Shown here piece after piece: positions 48,935-61,160 of a DNA stretch of 64,000 nucleotides (position 1 is its first letter; each line of letters begins with the position of its first letter). The notes under the pieces are model-generated. The model saw nothing but the letters and a program-made list of their open reading frames with translations. It did no database searches and was not told the DNA's origin. The DNA is from Dreissena polymorpha (Eukaryota): positions 63,280,738 to 63,344,737 of the forward strand of contig NC_068355.1 in assembly GCF_020536995.1 (NCBI RefSeq), given 5' to 3'. Position numbers and translations under genes: made by a program.

Positions 48935-51290
48935 TCATCTATTTTTTGAAAAAAAAAGAGCTATTGTCATCACCTTGGCGTCGGTGTCGGTGTTAAGTTT
49001 TGCGTTTAGGTATACTTTTCTCATAAAGTATCAATGCTATTGCATTTAAACTTGGTACACTTACTTACTATCATGAGGGGACTGGCCAGGCAAAGTTAGA
49101 TAACTCTGGCTTGCATTTTGACAGAATTATGTGCCCTTTTTATACTTAGAAAATTGAAAATTTTGGTTAAGTTTTGTGTTTAGTTCCATTTTATTCCTTA
49201 AGTATCAAAGCTATTGCTTTCATACTTGCAACACTTACTTACTATCATAAGGGGACTGTGCAGGCAAAGTTATGTAACTCTGACTGGCATTTTGACAGAA
49301 TTATGTGCCCTTTTTATACTTAGAAAATTGAAATTTGGTTAAGTTTTGTGTTTAGGTCCACTTTTTTCCTCAAGTATCAAAGCTATTGCTTTCATACTTG
49401 CAACACTTACTAACTATCGTAAGGGGACTGTGCAGGCAAAGTTATGTAACTCTGACTGGTATTTTTACATAATTATGGGCCCTTTATACTTGAAAATTTG
49501 GTTAATCTTTGTGTTTTGGTCCACTTTACCCCTAAAGTATCATAGATATTGCTTTCATACTTGGAACACTCGCAAACTAACATAAGGGGACAGTAAAGGA
49601 CAAGTTGCATAACTCTGGTTGTCATTTTAACGGAATTATGGCCCTTTTTTGACTTAGTAATTTTGAATATATGGTTACATTTTGTGTTACGATACACTTT
49701 ACTTCTAAAGTATCAAGGCTGTTGCTTTTAAATACTACAAATACTTTCATACTATTATGAGGGTACTGTACCTGGCAAGTTGAATTTTACCTTGACCTTT
49801 GAATGACCTTGACTCTCAAGGTCAAATTATTAAAGTTTGCTAAAATTGCCATAACTTCTTTATTTATGATTAGATTCGATTGATACTTTGACAAAACAAC
49901 TCTTACCTGACATACCACAATAGACTCCACCCAAACCATCCCCCACACGCCCCCCCCCCCAAACTCCCGCCCCCCTCGAATCCCCCCTCAACCCCCCTCC
50001 ATTATTATTTTTTTAAATTAAAGATCATCTAATTAATGACCACCACACCCTCACACTATACCCCCCACCCCAAAAAAATAATGTTAATGCCCCCGGTAGG
50101 GTGGCATATAGCAGTTGAACTGTCCGTCAGTATGTCAGTCAGTCTGTCCTTCCGTCCGAAAAAAGCTTTAACATTGGCCATAACTTTTTCACTTTTGAAG
50201 ATAGCAACTTGATATTTGGCATGCATGTGTATCTCATGGAGCTGCGCATTTTGAGTGGTGAAAGGTTAAGGTCATCCTTCAAGGTCAAATGTCAAATTTA
50301 TGGTGTCTGTCCAACTGAAAACTAACATTGGCCTTAACTTTTTCAATATTGAAGATAGCAACTTGATATTTGACATGCATGTGTATCTCATGAAGCTGCA
50401 CATTTTGAGTGCTGGAAGGTCAAGGTCATCCTTCAAGGTAAAAAAATTAATAAATAAAAGTGGCATTCGTTCTCATGAAGCTGCACTTTTTGAGTGGTGG
50501 CAGTTCAAGGTCAAGGTCATCCTTCAAGGTCAAAGGTAAAAAAAATAATGATTCAAAACAGCGTTCTCATGAAGCTGCACATTTTGAGTGGTGGAAGTTC
50601 AAGGTCAAGGTCATCCTTCAAGGTCAAGGTCATCCTTCAAGGTCAAAGGTCAAACAAAATATAAAAAATTCAAAGTGGTGTTATCATGAAGCTGCACATT
50701 TTGAGTGGTGGAAGGTCAAGGTCATCCTTCAAGGTCAAAGGTATTTTTATTTATTTTTAATTCAAAGCGGCGTTCTCATGAAGCTGCACATTTTGAGTGG
50801 TGGAAGTTCAAGGTCAAGGTCATTCTTCAAGGTCAAGGTCATCCTTCAAGGTCGAAGGTAAAATTTTTTTAAAATTTAAAGCGGCGTTATCATGAAGCTG
50901 CACATTTTGAGTGGTGGAAGTTCAAGGTCAAGGTCATCCATCAAGGTCAAGGTCATCCTCCATGGTTAAAGGTAAAAAAAAATAAAATCAAAGCAGAGCA
51001 ATAGGGGGCATTGTGTTTCTGACAAACACATCTCTTGTTTTTTTCAAACATGGTTAAAAACAAAATATTTATTTTTATTATTTTATTTTTGAAATACTGT
51101 CCAACCATCCCACCCAAGAACCCCCCCCCCCCAATAAATATTTTTGTTTGCATTTTTGGAAGATAATGTAATAAATGACCACACCCACACACTATACACC
51201 CCTCTCCACTCCACCCCTCCCTCCTTTGTGATTGAAATTGAGATAGGTCCCTACACCTTTAAAAAGAAAAATAGATGAGCGGTCTGCACC
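48935..51290 (+). mobile_element. Composite repeat block 3' of MVP, paralogous to 32285-35300. Its inverted termini are AGCTCATCTATTTTT / AAAAATAGATGAGC.
   Basis: Head tttagctcatctattttttgaaaaaaaaagagctattgtcatcaccttggcgtcggtgtcggtg. The ~175-bp repeats are at 48990-49800. The ctgcacattttgagtggtggaagttcaaggtcaagg repeats are at 50180-50990. The tail ends aaaaatagatgagcggtctg at 51270-51290. Confidence 0.5.
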
Positions 51291-53049
51291 CGCAAGGCGT
51301 AGCTCTTGTTAAAGTTAGCGACCACAGATATAAATCATTTTATAAATATATTCACCATGAAATTATCAAAAATATTTATTGCAAGAGTACATATCTTACA
51401 TATATTTCTGTATTTCCACTAAATAAAATATAGGTTTTGTAATAGATGTTTGTTTTATAATAAATTGGATGTTAAAAAAGTAAGAAAGCATAATTCAATT
51501 TAATCTAAATCAAAACTAAACTAAAACAGAAAAACAACAATAACCATCACTATATTATATCATATCAAGTAATTTTGTTGTAATTCAAATTCCATAAAGA
51601 TTTGTTTAGTTGGGTTTAAAAATATTAAATATTATATTTATAATATTTTTGCATTTTGTTTGCTTTATAGATGATTCTCAGCCGTTCATGACTTGTACAT
51701 CAAACTTTAAATACAATTAGTTTATTTCTATTAATGTTTATATGCTTTTTTATTATATAGTGGTATTTAAATTCTGTTAATGTTTTAATAACATTATTAA
51801 TCTGTTGATGTTTGTTTGCTCTTTCTTACTTACATTAACTATAGCTTTGCATCTGGTTGTATAATTTTGTTGACTCTTTATTTAATTTTCTATAAGGGCT
51901 CTGTGATATGCATTGACGAGTACTTGAACTTTTTGTGCGTTTGTTTATCATAACATATATTTATGTACCTTGTTTACATTAAAATTCTTTAATCAACATG
52001 TTTGCTTGTTAATTTTTTAAAACATATACATGTATATGTGATTTTTTAGTATTTCCGTAAGCAAATACAAGTCAAATTAAAAGAGGCTATGACTACAAAA
52101 TTTGTGTATGAGAACTCGTTAAATAAAAGGTATGTTATGTAAGTGAATTAGGTATTACATTAATGGTTTAATTTACACTTACATACACATGTAGTTTCTT
52201 AGATGTGAATGTTTTAAATAAATCCTTCAGGCATTTATAGTCTATTAAAGAGGGAGTAGACAAACTCCGTGCTATAATGGTTGATTCATGTTGGCGACAT
52301 GTGCAACTATATATTATATATGCAAATAATATTCATTACTGTTCGCGTATTGAATCTTTTAATCTGATTACAAAATATTTTGTTATAATATTTGTTCGTA
52401 TTTCATTGTAACAAATTGATGTGCAGTTGACATTTGCAGAATTGTTGATTATTAAGCAATTTATTTTGAAACACGCTTGTGTCGCACATGCAATAGATGT
52501 ACAACTCACACATAACATCTGATAAAACGAACGTCTGCTGTTCTTTAAAACTTATCAAAATATTATGTCATAATTTTAATTGCACGTTAATTGTTCTTGT
52601 GGTGTCATCTCGAACATTATTTCCTGTTTTACATACACAGAATACAAACAGATCAATGTATAAGCTTAGTTTGGCACTCCACTAGTTTGTAATTTATGTT
52701 TGTCCTTTCAAACAGGTGTTATTTAAATCAAGCAATATACATTTCTCGGTATTCCGGCTATCTCCTGATATCGGTTTAAGTGTACGTGTATCATGACGAG
52801 ATTCGTCCGACCGATGTATGTGTCCCTTGCAAATACATTGAGTGTTGCCGATATACGTACAGTGATACCGATGTCCGTCGATGTCTAGTGAGACTAAAAA
52901 TTGATCCGGACGCCTCTGGATGCAACAAAATGACCCGTTTGGTGTCCGTGCGATCATCTGCCAGGCGCCAGCCCGATTAGCGAAAAAATACGCCGTCCGC
53001 TGATCAGACGGTGATCGATCTCTATTTGTTACTGAGGTATAGCCCAGAT

Positions 53050-53700
53050 TTAGAACTAATTAATTAGCCAATAGCATTTCAGAAAAATTTCCAGCAAGTA
53101 GACCTTATTGTATATATTCTTATATTTAATTTGCCGATTTTATATAAATCTTTACAAAACATCTGTAGTACCAACATCACTCCAAGATGAATGAATTTAG
53201 CGTTTCCAATGTACACTTTCATCGTTAGGAATTCATACTATTCTGCCTTTTCCAGCTTCTCACCGTTCATGGTGATTTTTGCACGGGTGTTGTTTGTGCT
53301 GTAAACCATGATCTTCGACTTCTCTTAGCTGACCTCCACGTTATATGTTTCTGCTCATTCATGTAGTCTGTTTGTATACTCCATGGAGTTGCCACCCATG
53401 AGGTCATCAGCGAATCTCAAAATGGGTTTGCCACTGGTAAAAATAGAGATGTTGTTGTATTCAAGAGCCTATTGCATTATCGTCTCAATGAAAAGATTAA
53501 ATAAGATTGAGGATAGCAGACATCAATGACGGACGCAAACTCGTGTCCCGGAGAAGTCACCCTTCTGTACACTGAGAAGTACTGCAATACTGGCGTTTCC
53601 GTATATGTCTTGGCAAGCAATCGGACGATACTTTATATATATATAATTATAAAAAAAACTGCAATTTGACGATATGGGATACAAATAACAATGCAATTTC
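53050..53700 (-). mobile_element. LINE RT fragment.
   Basis: The minus-strand translation reads ...LLSSILFNLFIETIMQ.ALEYNNISIFTSGKPILRFADDLMGGNSMEYTNRL...KSKIMVYSTNNTRAKITMNGEKLEKAE.YEFL. These are the LSPxLFNL, FADD and KTK-like RT motifs. Confidence 0.65.
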
Positions 53701-54210
53701 AGTATGTATAGGTTGGGCCCTTTATTTAGTTACCAATTAAATTATATCGCAATATTAATTATCACTTGTACTCTAGTGTTATAAGCTTTTTACACACAGT
53801 CGATAATCATACTAGAAACGTGTATTGTCTATATTATTGTATATATATACATACATTAAATGAGACACAAAAAGTATAAATAAATCCAAATTATTATGAG
53901 GGTTTTATTTATTTGCAGTTATAATTCGACCTGCTCAAGCCTTTAAGTCAATTCTGGGATGGCAACGACCAAGTTTACTTTACTGTGCAGCGACGGTCTC
54001 TTGTTTGCTGTATACAGCTGCTCCACCTTGGAGCAAGTACAAGAACAAGTACTTTTTTGCAACAGTAATTCTATTGTACCTTGTCAGGTTTGTAGAGGTA
54101 AAATAGAATTTACATCGTTTGAAACTAAAGGAGACGAAAAGTAGCCTGAAATTAAGTAAAGGTTGAAGTAAACAAAGATTTAACTGATTCATATCATATG
54201 ATATGTCCCT

Positions 54211-54447
54211 TTAACATCGATACTGACAGTTTCTTATAAAAATATAAGATACAGAATACAAGGTTCTACATTCGAAATCTGAGTAAAAATAGTATGCTTT
54301 GATGAATTTGATGAATTGATCGTTGATCGATATGATTCCTTCAAGATAAGAATGAATATTTTCAATAATGTCATTAACGCACATCAGGAACAGGATGCTT
54401 GAGCAAGGGTCGCCTTGTTTAACACCAGAGTATGAATTGATGTACAT
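54211..54447 (-). mobile_element. RT-like fragment, reading SYSGVKQGDPCSSILFLMCVNDII.
   Basis: The GV(K/R)QGDPLSPILF-type RT motif 4 appears in the minus-strand ORF. The copy is short and degraded. Confidence 0.4.
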
Positions 54448-55484
54448 GTATTCGGATATTTAATTGTTTAGCCTGACGGCTGATTCCATTGTTTCATATT
54501 TAAACTTTGTTCATTTATTTCATTATCTATATTATCAGATGAATCGTTTTCGATTAAGTCATTAAAATTATTTAACATCTCGTTAATGTGTGCTTGATTT
54601 GCATTTTTAGCTCGACTATTATATATGAAATATAAAAAGTGGAGCTATCCTACTCACCCTGGCGTCGCCGTCTGTGTCTGCGTTAGCGTTAGCGTGCAAA
54701 TGTTAAAGTTTTCGTACTACCCTAAATATTTTCTTTGTCCCTTGACATATTGCTTTCTTATTTTGAATGCTTGTTTACCAACATGACCCCAACCTATAAA
54801 CAAGAGCAGACAACTCTATCAAGCATTTTGTCATAATTATGGCTTCTTTTCCACTTAGAATATGCAGCCAATGTTAAAGTTTTCGTACTACCCCATTTAT
54901 TTTCATTGTCCCTTGACATATTGCTTTCATATTTTGCATACTTGTTTACCAACATCACCCCAACCTATAAACAAGAGCAGACAGCTCTATCAATCATTTT
55001 GTCATAATTATTGCCCCTTTTATACTTAGAATATGCATATTATTGATAAATCTATGTTAAAGTTTGCGTAATACCCCAAATATTTCCTATATCCTTTGAC
55101 ATATTGCTTTTATATTTTGCATACTTGTTTACCAACATGACCCCAACCTATAAACAAGAGCAGACCAGTGTATCAAGCATTTTTACATAATTATGGTCCC
55201 TTTTACACTTAGATAATTGAAAATTTTGCTTAAACTGCCATAACTTCTTTATTTATGATCACATTTTATTATTACTTTGACTAACAAAACTTACCTGAAT
55301 ACCACAATGGATTCCACCCAAAAAATACCCCACGCCCCTACCCAGAATCCCTCCCCCCCCAACCCCCCCCCCCGAAATTATTTTTTTTAAACATCATCTA
55401 ATAAATTACCCCACCCCACATTATACCCACCCCCCCTCTCACCCCCCCCCTACCCCCATACCCCCCCCCCCCAATTTTGTTAGC

Positions 55485-56745
55485 TCACATGATTGCTCAG
55501 GTGAGCTTTTGTGACCAGTCTTTGTCCGTCGTATGTCCGTCCGTCCGTTAACATTTGCTCGTAAACACAACAGAGGCCACATTTCTTCTCCCATCTTAAT
55601 GAAACTTGGTCAGAAGTTTTGTCCCAATGAAATCTCTGCCGAGTTCGAAACTGGGTTGTTCATGGTCAAAAACTAGGTCACTAGGTAAAAAAAAAGAGAA
55701 AAACCTTGTAAACACTGTAGAAGTCACATTTCAAGCCCAATCTTCATGTAACTTTGTCAAAATGTTTGTCTTAATGATATCTTGGTTGAGTTCAAAAGTG
55801 GTTTCGATCCGTTGAAAAACATGGCTGCCAGTGGGCGGGGCAGTTTTCCTTATTTGGCTATAGAGAAACCTTGTAAACACTCTAGAAGTCACAATTTGTG
55901 CCCAATCATGATGAAAGTTGGTCAAAACATTGGTTCAATTGATGTCTCGGACAAGTTCGAAAATGGTCGAGATCGGTGAAAAAACATGGCCGCCAGTGGG
56001 CGGAGCATTTTTCTCTATATGTATATAGTGGCAGTTTTCCCAATTTGGCTAAAGAGAAACCTTGTAAACACTGTAGAAGTCACATTTCATGCCCAATCTT
56101 CATGTTACTTTGTCAAAATGTTTGTCTTAATGATATCTTGGTTGAGTTCAAAAGTGGTTCCGATCCGTTGAAAAACATGGCTGCCAGTGGGCGGGGCAGT
56201 TTTCCTTATTTGGCTTTAGAGAAACCTTGTAAACACTCTAGAAGTCACAATTTGTGCCCAATCATGATGAAAGTTGGTCAAAACATTGGTTCAACTGATG
56301 TCTGGGACAAGTTCGAAAATGGTCGAGATCAGTGAAAAAACATGGCCGCCAGTGGGCGGAGCATTTTTTTCTATATGTATATAGTGGCAGTTTTCCCAAT
56401 TTGGCTATAGAGAAACCTTGTAAACACTCTAGAAATCACAATTTTTGCCCAATCATCATGAAAGTTGGTCAAAAAATTGGTTTAATTGATATATCGGACA
56501 AGTCTGAAAATGGTCGGGATCAGTGAAAAAAACATTGCCGCCAGTGGGCTGGGCATTTTTCTCTATATGTATATAGTAAAAGCATGTGAACACAGTAGAA
56601 GTCACATTTTTGGCCCAATTTTCATGAAATTTGCTCAGAACATTTGTTTGCTTGATACAAGAGTTGAGTTAAAAAATGGTTCTGGTCAGTTGAATAACAT
56701 GGCTGCTGGGAGGTGGGCAGTTTTCTCATTATGCTCCCCCCCCCC
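55485..56745 (+). mobile_element. Hairpin (TTAGCTCACatgattgctcagGTGAGCT) + (GTCC)n + ~178-bp satellite-like array of about 7 units, with a 356-bp higher-order period.
   Basis: Head at 55485-55560. Units with aaccttgtaaacactgtagaagtcaca...catggc(t/c)gccagtgggcgg lie at 55600-56720. The tail is ccccccccccccttcgtagaaggggggtatat. Confidence 0.7.
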
Positions 56746-57800
56746 CCTTCGTAGAAGGGGGGTATATTGTTTTGCTCATGTCGGTCTGTCCGTCCACCAG
56801 ATGGTTTCCGGATGATAACTCAAGAGCGCTTATGCCAAGGATCATGAAACTTCATAGGTACATTGATCATGACTCGCAGATGACCCCGATTGATTTTCAG
56901 GTCACTAGGTCAAAGGTCAAGGTCGCGATGACCAGAAATAGTAAAATGGTTTCTGGATGATAACTCAAGAACGCTTATGCCTAGGATCATGAAACTTCAT
57001 AGATACATTGATCATGACTCGCAGATGACCCCTATTGATTTTCAGGTCACTAGGTCAAAGGTCAAGGTCACGGTGACCCAAAAGCAGTAAAATGGTTTCC
57101 AGATGATAACTCAAGAACGCTTAGGCCTAGGATCATAAAACTTCTTAGGTAGATTGATCATGACTCGCAGATGATCCCTATTGATTTTCAGGTCACTAGT
57201 TCGAAGGTCAAGGTCACGGTGATCCGAAACAGTAAAATGGTTTCCAGATGATAACTCAAGAACGATTATGCCTAGGATCATGAAACTTCATAGGTACATT
57301 GATCATGACTCGAAGATGACCCCTATCGAGTTTCAGGTCACTAAGTAAAAGGTCAAGATCACGGTGACCTGAAATAGTAAAATGGTTTCTAGATGATTAC
57401 TCAAGAATGCTTGTGCCTAGGATCAAGAAACTTCATAGGTACAATGATCATGACTCGCAGATGACCCCTATAGATTTTCAGGTCACTAGGTCAAAGGTCA
57501 AGGTCACGATGACATGAAATAGTAAAATGGTTTCTGGATGATAACTCAAGAACGCTTTTGCCTAGGTTTATGAAACTTCATAGGTATATTGATCATGACT
57601 CTCAGATGACCCCTATTGATTGTCAGGTCACTAGGTCAAAGGTCAAGGTCACAGTGCCAAAAAACGAATTCACACAATGGCTGTCAAGGTCACGGTGACT
57701 CAACTTAGAAAAAGGTTTGCAGATGATATCTCAAGAATGCATACGCCTAGGATCATGAAACTTTATAGGTTCATTGATCATGACTCGCAGATGAAATAAT
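56745..57800 (+). mobile_element. Hairpin-headed element with six ~168-bp units (ggtttccggatgataactcaagaacgcttatgcctaggatcatgaaacttcataggtacattgatcatgactcgcagatgacccctattgattttcaggtcactaggtcaaaggtcaaggtcacggtgac).
   Basis: Head ccccttcgtagaaggggggtatattgttttgctcatgtcggtctgtccgtccaccag, followed by 6 tandem units. A related 1.5-unit copy lies at 33330-33590 and a partial one at 34955-35060. Confidence 0.75.
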
Positions 57801-57939
57801 GATGAAACTTGACCAGGATGTTTTTCTGGACAATATCTTGGTCAAGTTTGACATTTGGTAAAGATTAAAATGAACCGACTCCTCTCAGGTGAGCGAATTA
57901 GGGCCATCTTGGCCGTCTTGGTGTAAGCATCATCTAATA

Positions 57940-58697
57940 AATTACCAGACCCCACATTTACCCCCCTCTCACCCCCTACCCCCCCCCAAAAAAAAAACCA
58001 TATTTTTTTTTCCTTTTTATGTCCCCCACTGACATATTGTTTTTGCCCTGTCTGTTGGTCTGTCTGTTGGTCTGTTTGCGCCAACTTTAACATTTTGCAA
58101 TAACTTTTGCTATGTTGAAGATAGAAACTTCATATTTGGCATGCATGTGTATCTTATGAAGCTGCACATTTTGAGTGTTGAAAGGTCAAGGTCAAGGTCA
58201 TCCTTCAAGGTCAGAGGTCAAATATATGTGACCAAAATCGCTCATTTTATGAATACTTTTGCAATATTGAAGATAGCAACTTGATATTTGGCATGCATGT
58301 GTATCTTATGGAGCTGCACATTTTGAGTGGTGAAAGGTCAAGGTCAAGGTCATCCTTCAAGGTCAGAGGTCAATTATATGTGGCCCAAATCACTTATTTT
58401 ATGAATACTTTTGCAATATTGAAGATAGCAACTTGATATTTGGCATGCATGTGTATCTTATGGAGCTGCACATTTTGAGTGTTGAAAGGTCAAGGTCATC
58501 CTTCAAGGTCAGAGGTCAAATATATGTGGCCCAAACCGCTTATTTTATGAATACTTTTGCAATATTGAAGATAGCAACTTGATATTTGGCATGCATGTGT
58601 ATCTCATGGAGCTGCACATTTTGAGGGTGAAAGGTCAAGGTCATCCTTCACAAGGTCAAGGTCATCCTTCACAAGGTCAAGGTCATATATAGGGGGA

Positions 58698-58728
<31 letters not shown>

Positions 58729-58740
58729 TTTTTAAAGATC
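57940..58740 (+). mobile_element. Element with a C-rich leader, a hairpin/(GTCT)n region and four ~150-bp core repeats. It belongs to the same family as 31165-32035.
   Basis: ttttatgtcccccactgacatattgtttttgccctgtctgttggtctgtctgttggtctgtttgcgccaactttaacatt, then the core repeats, then the tail gggggacattgtgtttcacaaacacatcttgtt. Confidence 0.65.
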
Positions 58741-58999
58741 GTCTAATAAATTATTGAATATGAACAATTTCCCCATGCTGGCTTACGTTATAATGTCAAG
58801 CACTCGAATAGTCGAGAGCGCTGTCCTCTGACAGTTCTTGTTATTATAAGGTTTATAGCATTTTAAAGTGTTTTCCAAAACGTTTTTGGTGGCGTCTATT
58901 CAATGTTTAATAATCGCGTGCTTTCATTCATGTTATGTCAATATTTTGCTTTTCTTCGAATAGCGTTATACTTTGTTATATAATGTACTAATCCTTCCT

Positions 59000-60085
59000 T
59001 TTGTTAAGTATATTAGAGTCAAGATGTCAGGCAGCAAGGTCGACGCATCGACTCCAAAACGAGCGACGGAGTGATGTCTCGCCAAGACCGGAAGTCAGGA
59101 GGCCGGCGATTGGATCGGACTCTTCCGTCGACGGGGAGCTGTCCTATTTAGATCTGGACACTGGTCGGGTGTTGTCCGAAAACAAAACCGGGAACATGAT
59201 GCTATCCTCAACTGCATATGGCATGATGATGAGTAAACTTCTATCGTTTGAAAAGGGGTTTGAAAAACTTTAGAAACTTGACAAACTTGACAGCAAAGAA
59301 ATATGTGGTAAAACTATGTCCGTGAAAATGCAGGACTTCGAACAACGTCTAAATATCAATGAAAAAACAACCAGAGAATTGAAAGATTCTGTTTCATTCA
59401 TGAGTGATCAATTCGATAAAGTAGCAGTAAGTTGTGCACAGAACTTGAGTAATATCGCCAAAATGTGACTCTGAGCTAAACAATTTAAACAGGAGAACGA
59501 CGAATTGTGCAGTGCTCTTTCAAGCTTAATGCCTTGAATAAATCTTTGAAAGAAAATCCTTTGGGCTTGAAATGTAGAAGTATGCGAGATAACTTGAAAT
59601 TCACAAATATACCAGAAAATTTCCAGATGGGTGATGGTGGCCGGAGATACGAAGATACAGAAACAGAACTGACTAAGTTTATAACGCAGAAACTTCAGAT
59701 AACCGGCATACAGTTCGAACGCGTACATCGGATCACGCCCGCTAGAAGTAACACGTCAAGACAGGAGCCGCGCCCGATTGTTGCGAAATTTACACTCTTT
59801 AAGGAGCGAGAACGCGTCCGACGCTCTGGCTACAAACTGGCGGGTACGAACTTTGGAATTAATGAACAGTTACCGGAGGAAATAGAGCAGAACCGCAGGA
59901 AGCTCTATCCACTATTACGCCAGCTACGACGTGAAAACGAACGTGCAGTTCTTGTTAAGGACAGGCTCCTCGTTAACGGCAAAAAAATCCGACCTGAGGA
60001 CCTTCCGCATTCTCAGCCACAAGATGCGCCTCCCCGTCCCTGGAGGCAGAATGCGGCCCCCTGCCCCTGGAGGAACAGTTAGTCC
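59000..60085 (+). mobile_element. LINE ORF1 (L1/Tx1-type Transposase_22-like RRM/CTD), including its coiled-coil N-terminal part.
   Basis: ORF 59507-60082 reads ...RSMRDNLKFTNIPE...ERVHRI...RPIVAKFTLFKERERV...YKLAGTNFGINEQLPEEIEQNRRKLYPLLRQL...RAVLVKDRLLVNGKKI. This matches the ORF1p signature R.NNLRI.GIPE / ERAHRI / RHIIVKF.S / ARLLYPAKL.I.G. No ORF2 follows in place. Confidence 0.7.
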
Positions 60086-60289
60086 TTCAGCCAAGTACCC
60101 AAAATTGAGGTGGGGTGTACCAGCAAGCGGGACAAAACTACACCTAAATATCTTGGAAGATGCATGCCAGTAGCATATGAAAATGGTTGATAACAGTCTG
60201 GTACTGGCAGCTTTTGGTATTTTTTTCTCTTTTGAAGATGGGGCCTCAATCAGCTTAATTTTCATACATTGTCTGGGAGAAATTGAACC

Positions 60290-61160
60290 GAAGTAGGGTC
60301 AATATACACATTGACCCCCCAAAAATTGCTACAAAACGTATTTTATATGATCCTGGTAGGGTAGGTCCTTCAAAACATATTAAAAGTTTACCACCATCGG
60401 ACCTCCGGAAAGTTGTGTTTTTTTCAAGATGGTCGCCAAGATGGCCGCCAAGACCTAATAATGATCATAACTATGTAACTATCCAATCAAATTTGACGAA
60501 TTTGGTGTCTATACCTAGGTTTCATTGGGCAAAGATCACATAATGATCATCAGAAATTGTTTAAGTTTAATTTAGTACACACAAATTCAACATGGCGTCG
60601 ACAATGGCCGCCAAGATGGCCGCCAAAATATATTTATGATCATAACTATGTAACTATCAACATAATTAAATTTGATGAATTTGGTGTCTATACCCAGGTT
60701 TCAGGGTGCAAAGAACACATTAATATCATCAGACAGAGTGTAAGTTAATTATGTTACACAGAAATTTAACATGGCGTCCTAAATGGCCGCCAAGATGGCC
60801 TTTAAGATGGTCGCCAAAACCTATAAAATGATCATAACTATGTTACTATCCACTCAAATTTGACGATTTTAGTGTCTATACATAAATATCAGGGGGCAAA
60901 GAACACATTAAGATCATCAGACATTGTTTACGTTTATTATATTACGCACAAATCCAACACAGCGTCAAAAATGGCCGCAAAACATATTTATGATTATAAA
61001 ATATAACTATGTAACTATCCACTCAAATTTGATGAATTTGGTGTATATACACAGGTTTCAGAGAGCAAACAACACAATAATATCACATTTATATCATCTG
61101 AAAAATTGTAAGCTGATTATGTTATACAGAAATCCAACACGGCGTCCAAAATGGCCTTCA
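60290..61160 (+). repeat. Left long inverted arm: a unique ~100-bp terminus followed by 4-5 tandem ~170-bp units containing ATGGCCGCCAAGATGGCCGCCAA.
   Basis: The reverse complement matches 63395-64000: the terminus 60300-60420 against 63840-63960, and the tandem units against 63395-63840. Confidence 0.75.

Noticed and set aside
50300-50861. ORFs encoding ...KVKVILQGQ...HEAAHFEWWKFKV repeats
   Set aside because: This is a translation of the ggtcaaggtcatccttcaaggtcaa satellite core. It is periodic and has no independent support.
55976-56815. Series of 60-120-aa + strand ORFs (MKKHGRQWAEHF..., MAASGRGSFPYLA...)
   Set aside because: They recur with the 178-bp tandem-repeat period and differ only by repeat variants. 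They are artefacts of the array, not a gene family.
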